Shown: positions 11,076 to 21,278, counted from the stretch's first letter. The stretch: 64,000 nt of DNA from an uncultured bacterium (GCA_964559225.1 CAZLGA010000004.1:83-64082); one strand, 5' to 3'. Notes: a model not told the origin generated them from the letters alone. Program-made: numbers and translations.

Positions 11076-14000
11076 TTATTTAGTCAGAACGAATTTCCGC
11101 ACCACAGAACCATTGTCAGTCTCAAGATAGCAGAGGTATACACCGCTGGCACATTCCTTATTATCATCAGCAATCCCATTCCAGATGATGGTATTTACAC
11201 CGGGTTCAACCTCTCCATTCACAAATAGCTTCACAAGCCTTCCTGTAATATCATAGAGTGCAAGTCTTACCTTCATCTTTACAGGAACTGAATAGGTAAA
11301 TTTCACATTCTTAGTAAATGGCGTTGGCATACCAGGTGAAAGGGAAATCCTTTCCATTGGCGATGGGTTAAGATTCTCATCGATACCAACCCCAGGTATT
11401 CCGCGGAAACCAAGAATCTTTACTATCGCACGATTCGGATTCTGAGCAATTGTCAACCAGTAATTTCCATCCCTTGGGTCATATTCAACACCGCGGACAT
11501 TCCAGCCTGGCAGTGTCACTGAATTGAGAACCGCTCCATCACTCCGGCGCAACTCATAGAGAGCAATTTTTGCCAGAACCGGCGACGCCTCATTAGTAAA
11601 ATGTGTATAAACAAGTAGTAGTGTCGTATCAGGTCCATAAGGTTCTATTGCCAAACCACGGGCCCCTAAACTGTCCCCCAGAGTAAGATTAATAACCGAA
11701 ACATTGCCTCCAAGGGTATCACAGCGATGAATCCGGGAGGTCCCGCTGGTAGTTCTACGGTCCGCAGTATACAACCATCTCGATGTTGGAACCCAAGCAA
11801 GTCCTGTAGGATAATCATTCGCTGGATTTGCAAACTGTCTCAAAACTGTGCCACTTGTGTTGATCTTATAAATTATCTTGCTCGGTGCAGTAGGATTTGG
11901 GTCTGCCGCAACCCAGAAGGTGTTATCATAAGCACAGTATTTGATATCGGTGGGACAGGAATCGGGTGATGGGATAGTACCAAGATAGGTAACATTGCTA
12001 TCCGAACTATACATCACAATACCGGTTGTCCTTCTATAGAAATTGGTGACATAAAGCCGGTCATTCTGAGGATTATAACCTAAACCGTAAAGGAAGTGTG
12101 TATCACCCGGAGCAACCTGGACCGTTTTCGGACCCCATATAATATGGACCTCATTAACACCAACCTCAACACTGAACCCAATATCCTGGACATAACCACC
12201 GCCACCAGTGAGCCGTAGTGTCATATCAATAAAGGTTCCTGCAGGTGTCGTAGATGAGATAGAGAATCTGAATGGTGAACCACCATTATTTCCTGTGCCA
12301 CCAACTGGGATATTACCGAAATTACCCACGGAATCAAGCAGGGTGATATACGGGCTTGTTTCTCTGAGCACGCCGACGCAGTTAGTTACTCCAACACCAG
12401 ATAGATTCCTGAGCGTATCAGTCAGATATACAGTTTCGCCTGCATCACAACGACCATTGAGGTTGCCCGGTACAGGGTCATAGATACGCTGACCAGCAAT
12501 ATGCAGAACAGGGCTCGTAGTTGGACCAAGACCTCCAGAAACTACAATTGCATAAGGCTGATTCGTTCCCTGGGGCACACTCGTTCCTGTCACCCTGATA
12601 ACCCAGTTACCCATCTCAGGAACATTGCGACGCACACATTCTTCAACATTCCGCGCATCAGCAGAACCACCAGGTGCTGATTGACCCCCACTGTAGACAT
12701 TACCTAAGTATACAGTTCCTGCTGGATTGGTAACACGGAGGTCAAGGTTATTCACAAGGGTAACACTTGCACCAGCAGTGGCTGGAAAATCGGTCCAGAC
12801 AAGGGTTATCTTGAGTGGTTCGGATTGGTCATTTACCGAGATTGTAAACTCGTCAAACTGCCCGGTAGCAACACTATCATAAGTCACCCATAATTTCCGG
12901 ACATCACCACTAAAGAACAAGGCATCGTCAAGACATACTCTACCCCAACCTGTATTGTTATCGGGAATGGTTGAACCTATAATAGATGGATGTGCACCAT
13001 TGACAATGATAGCCTTCACCACTGACGCAGGAATAAACGTCCACTGGTTTGATACATTGGAATCACCAGTAGGATAGAATCCCTTTGCAAAATATTGCCT
13101 TACGAGTGCAGCATTTCCTGCGGCACAGGGTGTTGCCATACTCGTTCCAGCCATACCGAGATAGGAATTATTATTCGGACCAGCTGAAGAAAATAAAAAG
13201 TAACCGGGTGCAGTTACTGTCGGTTTAATTCTATTGTCTAAAGTCGGTCCCCTGCTTGAGAAATCTGCCATCGTCGTTGATGAGGTGCTATTCATCGTTG
13301 CACCAAGAGTAAGAATATTCTTTGAAGTTCCTGGTGGATAGACCGTTCCTGAAGATGGTCCACTATTACCTGCAGCATAGCAGATTAGAAAATCACGGTT
13401 TCTCCACATAAACGAGTCGGTAGTAACACAGTAGGATGTATACGAACCCGCACCTGCTGTTGAACCCCAGGAATGCGAAGAAACCCGTGCAGCACCACCT
13501 GCATTTCCATTATATGGTGGCAGATAAAGATTCGCAAGGTTTGAAGGCACAGAAAGAGAACCTGTTGATGTTCCGATATCCATAAAGAACATCTTTGCGA
13601 GTAAAGGCATCCCATCATTAAGATTTGTGCCACCTACATAAGAATCATCACCACAGATTGTTCCTGCAGTATGGGTTCCATGCCAGGAACCACTTGCATT
13701 ATCACCAAATGCTGCACTTGAACCCGTGGGCAGTAGATATGCGATTATCTTGCGATGGGTCGGATAATTACCCCAGGTTGTGATATTGACTGCTGGGTCC
13801 CTAAACATATCATGGGTTGTTAAAATACCTGTATCAGCGGTATTGACTACCTGCCCTTGTCCCCGAATATTCTTGCGCCATATCTTTCTATCAACCTGTT
13901 TCCAGGTCTGGGTTACCCATTGACCTGATTGATTATAGGCAACAGGACGGAGATAAGGCTCAATATGCATTACCCCAGAAATCCTTGCAATCTCATTGAG

Positions 14001-14564
14001 ATGTGCCCGGTCAGCACGGATTTTCAGAACCTTACAATACTCATTATCAGAGACTTCAAGGATTGCACAACCAAGATTCTCCACGCGGTTTTTCACAAGA
14101 TAAATATCCTCGTCAGGAAACAAAATCACCAGCCATTCATTCTCATTCGGTAACTCCTTGAATAGTGTGCTAATCTTGTATGCGGGTTCATAGTTCCCAA
14201 TCCAGTTAACAAAAGGTAACCCTTCAATAATTGCCTTTTTGCTCTTATCCATCTTGGCGATGAAGGCGTTAAAAGGGATATACTGGATGAGTTTTACACC
14301 ATACGCCTTTATATTCTGCTTCATCTCTTCATAAACAGGACCTTTGAGATGGATAAGATAGTAATCTGATTCACCGGTGAGCTCTGCTGGAATCTCTGGA
14401 AGTTTTTCTTTTGGATTAAAATAGTATTCACCTATCGCAACATAATTATACTCCTCCAGATACGGCGGTGTGAATGTCCCGGACCGGTGCGAAACCAGAT
14501 ACGGGTCAACACTGCCCAAAAGGGCAAAAATCAAAACAAACACCATTTTACCTCCTTTTTCCAA
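11076..14564 (-). CDS. Secreted S8 subtilisin-like serine peptidase (1162 aa) with a beta-propeller-like region and a T9SS C-terminal domain.
   Basis: Signal peptide. S8 motifs DTGILTTHD, HGTHTAGTICG and GTSMATPCAAGNAALV. C-terminus ...GVYLCYLETDNGSVVRKFVLTK (T9SS CTD). Strong SD AAGGAGGT 7 nt upstream of the ATG. Confidence 0.85.
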   Translation of the reverse strand: MEKGGKMVFVLIFALLGSVDPYLVSHRSGTFTPPYLEEYNYVAIGEYYFNPKEKLPEIPAELTGESDYYLIHLKGPVYEEMKQNIKAYGVKLIQYIPFNAFIAKMDKSKKAIIEGLPFVNWIGNYEPAYKISTLFKELPNENEWLVILFPDEDIYLVKNRVENLGCAILEVSDNEYCKVLKIRADRAHLNEIARISGVMHIEPYLRPVAYNQSGQWVTQTWKQVDRKIWRKNIRGQGQVVNTADTGILTTHDMFRDPAVNITTWGNYPTHRKIIAYLLPTGSSAAFGDNASGSWHGTHTAGTICGDDSYVGGTNLNDGMPLLAKMFFMDIGTSTGSLSVPSNLANLYLPPYNGNAGGAARVSSHSWGSTAGAGSYTSYCVTTDSFMWRNRDFLICYAAGNSGPSSGTVYPPGTSKNILTLGATMNSTSSTTMADFSSRGPTLDNRIKPTVTAPGYFLFSSAGPNNNSYLGMAGTSMATPCAAGNAALVRQYFAKGFYPTGDSNVSNQWTFIPASVVKAIIVNGAHPSIIGSTIPDNNTGWGRVCLDDALFFSGDVRKLWVTYDSVATGQFDEFTISVNDQSEPLKITLVWTDFPATAGASVTLVNNLDLRVTNPAGTVYLGNVYSGGQSAPGGSADARNVEECVRRNVPEMGNWVIRVTGTSVPQGTNQPYAIVVSGGLGPTTSPVLHIAGQRIYDPVPGNLNGRCDAGETVYLTDTLRNLSGVGVTNCVGVLRETSPYITLLDSVGNFGNIPVGGTGNNGGSPFRFSISSTTPAGTFIDMTLRLTGGGGYVQDIGFSVEVGVNEVHIIWGPKTVQVAPGDTHFLYGLGYNPQNDRLYVTNFYRRTTGIVMYSSDSNVTYLGTIPSPDSCPTDIKYCAYDNTFWVAADPNPTAPSKIIYKINTSGTVLRQFANPANDYPTGLAWVPTSRWLYTADRRTTSGTSRIHRCDTLGGNVSVINLTLGDSLGARGLAIEPYGPDTTLLLVYTHFTNEASPVLAKIALYELRRSDGAVLNSVTLPGWNVRGVEYDPRDGNYWLTIAQNPNRAIVKILGFRGIPGVGIDENLNPSPMERISLSPGMPTPFTKNVKFTYSVPVKMKVRLALYDITGRLVKLFVNGEVEPGVNTIIWNGIADDNKECASGVYLCYLETDNGSVVRKFVLTK

Positions 14565-14645
14565 TTTTTCCTTTATATTCTATATCCACTTTATTTGTTT
14601 TTAGTCCCAACACCTCCTTTCTTTGCAATTAACCACACCATTAAT

Positions 14646-14673
14646 ATTATAATAAAATATTATAGAATGTCAA
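14646..14673 (-). promoter_or_regulatory. Near-consensus sigma70-type promoter (TTGACA-16-TATAAT) driving the S8 peptidase gene at 14564.
   Basis: On the minus strand: TTGACAttctataatattttatTATAAT. It overlaps the 3' end of the PHP gene. Confidence 0.4.
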
Positions 14674-15499
14674 GGGTAAATCGACAACGTTGACTGAATC
14701 CATAAACCTTTGAAAAACCTAAAGATTTTGCATATTCAATCCCGTTTTTTATCCCCGTTCCAAGGTCGTCGGGCTTATGAGAATCAGAACCAACTGTGAT
14801 TATCTCAATACCCGCGTCCTTAGCAAGTTTGATTAATTCAACCGATGGATAAAATTCATTATTTCTTCTCAAACCCGCAGTATTTATCTCTAATCCTATT
14901 TCATATTCTGCCATCAATGTGAAAATCTTATGAACATATTCCCTATTAATTGCGCGAATTTTCTCACCGTAAAAATGCAAGCCATATTTCTTATATACAT
15001 CAAAATGAGCAACTGCATCAAAGAGCTTTGAACGAATCAGGATTTCCATCGTTGAAAAATAATCATCAAGAAGCGATTCTGCACTATTTTTTTCAAAATA
15101 ATAGTTGCATTCTTTTGAACTATCAATACAGATATGGTCAAGACAATGGATACCCGCAAGAAGATAATCAAGGGAAAGTCCTTTAATCACTTCTTTTAAA
15201 CGTTCTTCCACCCCAGCAAAGAACCCCACTTCAATACCAAATTTTATGTGCAACCCTTTCTTTTTGTAATAATCTTTAAAATCAAATATCTCATTCTGTA
15301 ATCGTAAGAGATTCTGATTATCAATAGGTTGGATTTCACCATTGAATCTTATTAAATTATCATTCCGTGCTTTATCCAGTTCACAATGGTTAGTAAAACA
15401 AATTTCTTTTAATCCAAGGATAAGCGCCTTTTCACAATAATCGCGCAAACCACCATCTGCGTCTATTGAATGACTTGTGTGAATATGATAATCAAGCAT
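14660..15499 (-). CDS. PHP-family phosphoesterase, histidinol-phosphatase (HisJ/HisK)-like.
   Basis: N-terminal MLDYHIHTSHSIDADG plus later His/Asp-rich motifs (FTNHCE, AGIHCLDH, AHFDVY, VGSDSHKPDD), matching the PHP histidinol phosphatase pattern. Confidence 0.7.
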   Translation of the reverse strand: MLDYHIHTSHSIDADGGLRDYCEKALILGLKEICFTNHCELDKARNDNLIRFNGEIQPIDNQNLLRLQNEIFDFKDYYKKKGLHIKFGIEVGFFAGVEERLKEVIKGLSLDYLLAGIHCLDHICIDSSKECNYYFEKNSAESLLDDYFSTMEILIRSKLFDAVAHFDVYKKYGLHFYGEKIRAINREYVHKIFTLMAEYEIGLEINTAGLRRNNEFYPSVELIKLAKDAGIEIITVGSDSHKPDDLGTGIKNGIEYAKSLGFSKVYGFSQRCRFTLDIL

Positions 15500-15505
15500 A
15501 AATTA

Positions 15506-16156
15506 TTATAGTATCACTCGCTCATCAAGGGGTTCAAATCTATCCGCCTTTTCTTTCAAATCATAGGCAGTATTATCTGGGAATGAAAAAATTTCAACCT
15601 TTTTATGTTTATTCTTTACAAATTCCACAAGGGGGGCAAAATCACCATCACCAGAAGCAAGAACTATCGTATCAACATAATCAATCATTCCCAGGATATC
15701 AAGTGCAATCCCCATATCCCAGTTTGCCTTTGCTGAACCATCGGCACGGGTGCGCACATCTTTTGTCTTAACAATATAACCGATATGTTCAAGGCTGGTT
15801 GCAAAAGGTTTTACATCGCCCTCGGGTGGTTGCACGATATAGGCATATGCCTTAACCAGATTCCGGTCACCGGTGATCAATCTCAATAACTTTTCATAAT
15901 TCACCTTTGCACCATAGCTCATCTTCGCCGAATAATACAAATTTTGCGAATCAACAAATATTGCGATGCTCTCTTTTTTTGTCAGGCTGGATGTGGAAAT
16001 TAAGACTCTGAGCAAGCGAACCTCTTCATAAACCCTGCTCTCCCATTCAATATTTTTTGTCATCAGGGATTTAATATCTTCTAAGGATTGAAATAAAAGG
16101 GTTAATTTTTTGTCTAAAATTTCATTTATATCTTCTTTAATTTCTCTTGTCTCCAT
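15506..16156 (-). CDS. NYN-domain (LabA-like/DUF88) protein with an N-terminal coiled-coil extension. Putative RNase-fold protein.
   Basis: IAIFVDSQNLYYSAK...VKAYAYIV...LASGDGDFAPLVEFVKNKHKKVEIFSF matches NYN/LabA family hallmarks. Confidence 0.65.
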   Translation of the reverse strand: METREIKEDINEILDKKLTLLFQSLEDIKSLMTKNIEWESRVYEEVRLLRVLISTSSLTKKESIAIFVDSQNLYYSAKMSYGAKVNYEKLLRLITGDRNLVKAYAYIVQPPEGDVKPFATSLEHIGYIVKTKDVRTRADGSAKANWDMGIALDILGMIDYVDTIVLASGDGDFAPLVEFVKNKHKKVEIFSFPDNTAYDLKEKADRFEPLDERVIL

Positions 16157-16159
16157 ATT

Positions 16160-17446
16160 TTACTCCCTGTCTGTTTCTAATTCACGTCTTTTAAAAAGTG
16201 GTAGGTATTTGTATAACGAAGGCTTTGATTTTTCATTCGGGGCATTGGTCCAGACCAGGGTATATTCTTGCGTTCCCCGGATATCAACAAAGACAAATTC
16301 TTGTCCATTATAATACTGCCAGTATTCATAGGGTTTAGATTCTTCAAATTGTTTATTATCGATCTCATCCGGTGGACCGTATATAATGTATATCCGACCC
16401 CGATCAGTCTTTGAGCCTGGCAGATAGCCCTCCTGAAAATGTACATCCGCATATTCATAGCGTCGAGAAATTTCCTTATAGTCGTGTTTCTCCCAGAATC
16501 TTTTTAAATATGACCTCCTTCCCTCTTCCTTGAGTGTCTGGAAATATTTATATTCCTGAGTGCTTACAAAGTATTCAATTGCATCATAATAAGGTAAATC
16601 TTCATAAGGATAAGGAATTTCTATTTTTTCCTTTGCTTTCTTTATTGTAAAACTGATTGATTTTTCCATTTTGCGCTGGCTAAGAGAATCAAAAACAACG
16701 ACCTTGAGTTGATAATTATTAGGTTTTAGGGTCTCTATATTAATACCTAAGTTTAGTGCCTGTTGTGTGAATCTTTTTTCTATAGATTTGGTGATTTTTT
16801 TAATAATGTGTTCTGTTGTATCTGTGAGTAAATATGATACCGTTAAATTTTGGCTCTCCGGAGTGATATTATATAGTTCGTAATAGAGAAAAAGATTCTT
16901 GGTTCCTTCATCAAAAATACCCGAAGGATTAGGCATAATTCTTAAATTGCCCTTTGTCAGATAGCCACCGGTTGTATCACGGATTATTGAACTTGCCAGA
17001 AAAATATCACTCATAAAATAGTCTAATTCGGTGATTGATTTCTTACCTTTGACTATCCCTTTATTCGTTCCACAGATCAACTCAACGCTCCAATCGTAAT
17101 CATCATAAAAGAGGTATTTCCCAAACTGGAGATAAAATACCATCTTCTCTCTTGCTGCCTGAGAAAAAGAAGGAATTGTAAATTTATTGGATAAAGAATC
17201 GCATAAGGAATCAGTTCCAGATCGATTTACTATCTTGAGTCTCAAAAGACAATCAGCGGTTATTCTTCCATCGCTTTCTTTATAATAAAGTTCATTGTAG
17301 GGTATTGCACAATTAAACTCAAGATAAAAAATATTTTCAACCCTGGCTCCAATACCGAGTGAGTCTTTGATACTTAATGGAGTGTAGTACAAAACAGGTT
17401 GCACATAAAAATTTATTGCACAGAATAAAACATGTGTATAAATCAT
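16160..17446 (-). CDS. GWxTD-domain protein (428 aa), secreted, function unknown.
   Basis: N-terminal hydrophobic signal. The C-terminal block YADVHF...GSKTDRGRIYIIYGPPDEI...PYEYWQYY is a paralog of the C-terminus of the 17443..18492 product and resembles the TIGR04514 GWxTD motif region. The domain assignment is from memory. Confidence 0.5.
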   Translation of the reverse strand: MIYTHVLFCAINFYVQPVLYYTPLSIKDSLGIGARVENIFYLEFNCAIPYNELYYKESDGRITADCLLRLKIVNRSGTDSLCDSLSNKFTIPSFSQAAREKMVFYLQFGKYLFYDDYDWSVELICGTNKGIVKGKKSITELDYFMSDIFLASSIIRDTTGGYLTKGNLRIMPNPSGIFDEGTKNLFLYYELYNITPESQNLTVSYLLTDTTEHIIKKITKSIEKRFTQQALNLGINIETLKPNNYQLKVVVFDSLSQRKMEKSISFTIKKAKEKIEIPYPYEDLPYYDAIEYFVSTQEYKYFQTLKEEGRRSYLKRFWEKHDYKEISRRYEYADVHFQEGYLPGSKTDRGRIYIIYGPPDEIDNKQFEESKPYEYWQYYNGQEFVFVDIRGTQEYTLVWTNAPNEKSKPSLYKYLPLFKRRELETDRE

Positions 17447-18492
17447 ATCCTTTCTCCTTGCGGATTTATGAGGATATATTCACCAAATCCATATCGGTCA
17501 TAAAATACAAATTTCAAATTTAGTCGATAATAAAACCAGATTTCGTAAGGTTTTGTAGAAAGTTCATAGGGCTTGGACTGTATTTCATCAGGCGGTCCGA
17601 ATTTAATATATATTCGCCCCCGGTCGCTCCGCCAGCCTTTGTCGCCGAATGAAAAATGCTTATCAGCATAGGCAATCCGGTCAAAATATTCCTGCTCTCT
17701 CTCATTATACTCAGTATTGGGTGTTGGGTCATATTGTTTCCAGAATGCCTTCCAGAGCGAATCCCTTTCTTCTAATCGCGCCCTCCTCAGTTGGTTCAAC
17801 TCATTCTGGGTTGCGATATATTCAAGCTGGCTTACCCTTAAATACCAGAGCTTTTCATCTAAATAAAATGGTCTATCAATATCAATGGGAATGCTCAATG
17901 CCTCAATTATTTTTCCATTAACTTCTATGACAAACTCTAACTCATATTTTCCATTTGAAAGATGACCAACAAAAAAATCAATTGTGTCCTCATAAATGCC
18001 AAACTTCAACGACTCGGTCTTTTTCATATTCTGTAGAAGAATATTGATATTCGCAGACTTGTCTTTAGGATTGATTACTGTATAAGTTATAATGATTGTA
18101 TCATTTACAAATCGCGAGCGCACATTGGCGAGATGTTCAAAAGTCCTGATATTCTCATTTACATTCAAAAGTTCTACACCCTGCAGGTCAATTATTTTGA
18201 GATTAAACTTTGATGCTGTTCTTGGGATAATTAAATTGAGTGTATCATAATAATTCGTGGAATCCCTTTCCCGCTCCCTGAGCCAGTAATCGCCTGCGAC
18301 CTGGTGTTTCTTTTTGTCAAATACTATCAATTGGATTTCATAGGTTGCTATAGGAACTGAATCAACGGAAGTAAATCTCATAATTTGGGCAGGAATTTCC
18401 AGTAGAACATTCATATTTAAAGATGAAGCATCAATGGGTGCGTATGCAACCTGCCATTTTATCGTTGCAAATAATATGTATATTAACATCAT
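17443..18492 (-). CDS. GWxTD-domain protein (349 aa), secreted, paralog of the downstream gene.
   Basis: Signal peptide MMLIYILFATIKWQVAYA. C-terminus YADKHFSFGDKGWRSDRGRIYIKFGPPDEI...PYEIWFYY (GWxSD-RGRIY-GPPDEI block). 4-nt overlaps with both lon and the next gene. Confidence 0.5.
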   Translation of the reverse strand: MMLIYILFATIKWQVAYAPIDASSLNMNVLLEIPAQIMRFTSVDSVPIATYEIQLIVFDKKKHQVAGDYWLRERERDSTNYYDTLNLIIPRTASKFNLKIIDLQGVELLNVNENIRTFEHLANVRSRFVNDTIIITYTVINPKDKSANINILLQNMKKTESLKFGIYEDTIDFFVGHLSNGKYELEFVIEVNGKIIEALSIPIDIDRPFYLDEKLWYLRVSQLEYIATQNELNQLRRARLEERDSLWKAFWKQYDPTPNTEYNEREQEYFDRIAYADKHFSFGDKGWRSDRGRIYIKFGPPDEIQSKPYELSTKPYEIWFYYRLNLKFVFYDRYGFGEYILINPQGERI

Positions 18493-20831
18493 TCTATTTT
18501 TTTCTGTCTTTTGTCTTTAAACACTGCGTTTAAAGCCTGGTCAATCTTCTTTACAAAATGAAATTTGAGTCCACTTTTCACATGGGGTGGTATTTCGAGT
18601 AAATCCTTTTTATTTTCTTCTGGCAAATAAATTGTATCAATACCTGCGCGTTTTGCCGCAATAACTTTCTCTTTGATGCCACCAACTGGCAAAACCCTTC
18701 CTGTTAGCGTTATTTCACCGGTAAACGCAATCTTTGGGTCAATGGCCTGCTCGCGGAATAAAGAACTTAATGACATAATGACTGCCAGTCCCGCAGAGGG
18801 TCCATCCTTGGGTATAGCACCAGAAGGAATATGAATATGTAAATCGTAATCATCGGGATTGTCTTTTATACCCCATTTATCAAACTTTGTCTTGAGATAA
18901 GAGACCGATGCCTGGCAAGACTCCTTCATTACATCACCTAATAGGCCGGTGAGAATCAACCCCTTTTTACCTTTAACTTTTATTGATTCAATAAAAATTA
19001 TCTCCCCACCGGTAGGTGTCCAGGCAAGTCCCGTAGCAAGTCCTATTTCACCCCGGCGCGCGGCAACCTCAGAGTATGTTCGGGGTGGTCCAAGGAATTC
19101 TACAAGATTCTTTTCATCCACACGCACAGGCTTCTTCTTCCCTTCAGCAAACCGCTTTGCCACCTTTCTGCATATTGAACCGATTTCTCGCTCCAAATTT
19201 CTCACCCCTGCTTCTTTGGTATAATTATTGATTATCATTTTTATTGCCGATTCTTCAAATTGAATATACTCTGATTTCAAACCACTTTCCGCTATCTGCC
19301 GTGGAATTAAATATTTTTTTGCGATCGCAACTTTTTCATCAAGAATATAACCTGGCAATTCAATTATCTCCATACGGTCTTTCAATGCCGGGATTATTGG
19401 GTCAATTAGATTGCCCGTGGCAATAAACATTACATTTGATAGATCAAAAGGAACTTCAAGATAATGGTCAGAAAAAGCATAATTCTGTTCAGGGTCAAGA
19501 ACTTCCAGAAGGGCACTTGAAGGGTCACCTCGAAAATCTGTACCCACCTTATCAATCTCATCAAGCATAAAGACCGGATTCTTTGAACCACAATTTTTTA
19601 TAGACTGGATAATTCTACCTGGAAGTGCACCGATATAAGTACGACGATGCCCGCGAATCTCGGCTTCATCCCTTATTCCACCCAGGGATATACGCACAAA
19701 TTTTCTGCCCAATGCACGGGCAATCGATTTTCCCAATGATGTTTTGCCTACACCTGGTGGCCCAATAAAGCAGAGAATCGTCCCTTTTGAATCGGGTTTT
19801 AATTTCTTCACAGCAAGATACTCAAGTATCCTTTCTTTGACCTTCTCAAGGTCATAGTGGTCTTCATCTAAAATTTTCCTTGCCCTTATGAGATCGTGAT
19901 TGTCCTCAGTTGAAATTGACCAGGGCAGGGAAATCAACCAATCAAGATATGTCCTTGAGACCGTATATTCCGCAGCCTGGGGCGGCATTTTGGAAAGACG
20001 GTCGAGCTCTTTCAATGCAACCCTTTCCACATTTTCTGGCATCTTTGCTTCCTGAATTTTCTTTTTTAATTCTTCAATCTCACGGGTATGTTCGTCGGTC
20101 TCTCCGAGTTCTTTCTGGATCGCCTTCAACTGTTCCCTTAAATAAAACTCTTTCTGACCTTTATCAAACTCATTCTTAACCTGAGTTCGAATCTTGGCTC
20201 CGAGTTCTAAGATACCTATCTCTTTCTGTAACAGCGGAATCAATTTCAAAAATCTTTCTTTTGGTTCGGCAATCTCAAGGATTACCTGTTTCTCGTTCAC
20301 ATCCAGGTTTGTATATCCAGCAACGAAGTTAATAAGACGGTCGGGCTCATCAATATTTAATACAACTGCTCCGAGTTCATCAGGTAAATATGGTGCCAAT
20401 GATACAAGTTGCTGGAACATTGTTACTACATTTCGCATCAATGCCTCAACTGATACATTCTTTTTATAACCATCCGGATATAACTGGATTTTTGCCTTTA
20501 GATATGGTTCAATCTGAGTAAACTCCAGAACCTTGAAACGTTTCAATCCCCTTACCAGCAACCTAATAGTCCCATCAGGGAATCTAAGCATTTTAGTAAT
20601 CTGGATAACACACCCCACCTGATAGACTTCTTCGGGCTTTGGTTCTTCAATATCGGGATTACGCTGAGTTATAGCACCTGCAAGTTTGTTTGTAGTGAGT
20701 ATTTCATCAATCAATTTCGCAAGTCTTGGTGTTTGAATGATCAGAGGCACCATCTGATCAGGAAATATAACACCACCCTTTATTGGAATAATGCCTAATT
20801 CAGCGGGAATCGCAATTTGTTTCTCTTCCAT
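18489..20831 (-). CDS. lon: ATP-dependent Lon protease (LonA).
   Basis: LON N-domain. Walker A GPPGVGKTSLGKSIA. Protease domain with PKDGPSAGLA catalytic serine and the downstream Lys region. 780 aa. Confidence 0.95.
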   Translation of the reverse strand: MEEKQIAIPAELGIIPIKGGVIFPDQMVPLIIQTPRLAKLIDEILTTNKLAGAITQRNPDIEEPKPEEVYQVGCVIQITKMLRFPDGTIRLLVRGLKRFKVLEFTQIEPYLKAKIQLYPDGYKKNVSVEALMRNVVTMFQQLVSLAPYLPDELGAVVLNIDEPDRLINFVAGYTNLDVNEKQVILEIAEPKERFLKLIPLLQKEIGILELGAKIRTQVKNEFDKGQKEFYLREQLKAIQKELGETDEHTREIEELKKKIQEAKMPENVERVALKELDRLSKMPPQAAEYTVSRTYLDWLISLPWSISTEDNHDLIRARKILDEDHYDLEKVKERILEYLAVKKLKPDSKGTILCFIGPPGVGKTSLGKSIARALGRKFVRISLGGIRDEAEIRGHRRTYIGALPGRIIQSIKNCGSKNPVFMLDEIDKVGTDFRGDPSSALLEVLDPEQNYAFSDHYLEVPFDLSNVMFIATGNLIDPIIPALKDRMEIIELPGYILDEKVAIAKKYLIPRQIAESGLKSEYIQFEESAIKMIINNYTKEAGVRNLEREIGSICRKVAKRFAEGKKKPVRVDEKNLVEFLGPPRTYSEVAARRGEIGLATGLAWTPTGGEIIFIESIKVKGKKGLILTGLLGDVMKESCQASVSYLKTKFDKWGIKDNPDDYDLHIHIPSGAIPKDGPSAGLAVIMSLSSLFREQAIDPKIAFTGEITLTGRVLPVGGIKEKVIAAKRAGIDTIYLPEENKKDLLEIPPHVKSGLKFHFVKKIDQALNAVFKDKRQKKIE

Positions 20832-20834
20832 ATT

Positions 20835-21278
20835 CTACATCTCCTCAATCGGAATGATGCATTCTTTCAAAACAGAAAATTCTATTGTTAAAATCCCTTG
20901 TTTTAATTTATATCTTCCATATTTGGGGTCAACAGGCAAAGGAAATTCTATCCTTCTACAAAACCTACCATAGGCAATCTCAAGGTTATGAAAAACTACA
21001 TTTTGCCTCTCCACACTTTTCTCTGATATTTTAGGTTTCTTCACCCCTGTAACTGTCATGTGGTTTTGCCCGATATATATCGTAATATCTTTTAATTCAA
21101 CCCCGGGTAGTTCAATAATGACAAATATTTTCTCATCAATAATATACAAATCATAAATGGGCTGCCAGTTGATAAAAAGTTCATTACCATAATCTTCAGT
21201 TAACACTTCATTCTTTTCAAAAACCACTCTGATTTCGGAAATATCAATATTATCCATACCAGTCTTCCTCTGGCTCAT
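20835..21278 (-). CDS. Hsp20/alpha-crystallin small heat-shock protein.
   Basis: The alpha-crystallin domain pattern (...IIELPGVELKDITIYIGQNHMTVTG...GILTIEF) lies immediately upstream of lon with a 3-nt gap. Confidence 0.8.
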   Translation of the reverse strand: MSQRKTGMDNIDISEIRVVFEKNEVLTEDYGNELFINWQPIYDLYIIDEKIFVIIELPGVELKDITIYIGQNHMTVTGVKKPKISEKSVERQNVVFHNLEIAYGRFCRRIEFPLPVDPKYGRYKLKQGILTIEFSVLKECIIPIEEM

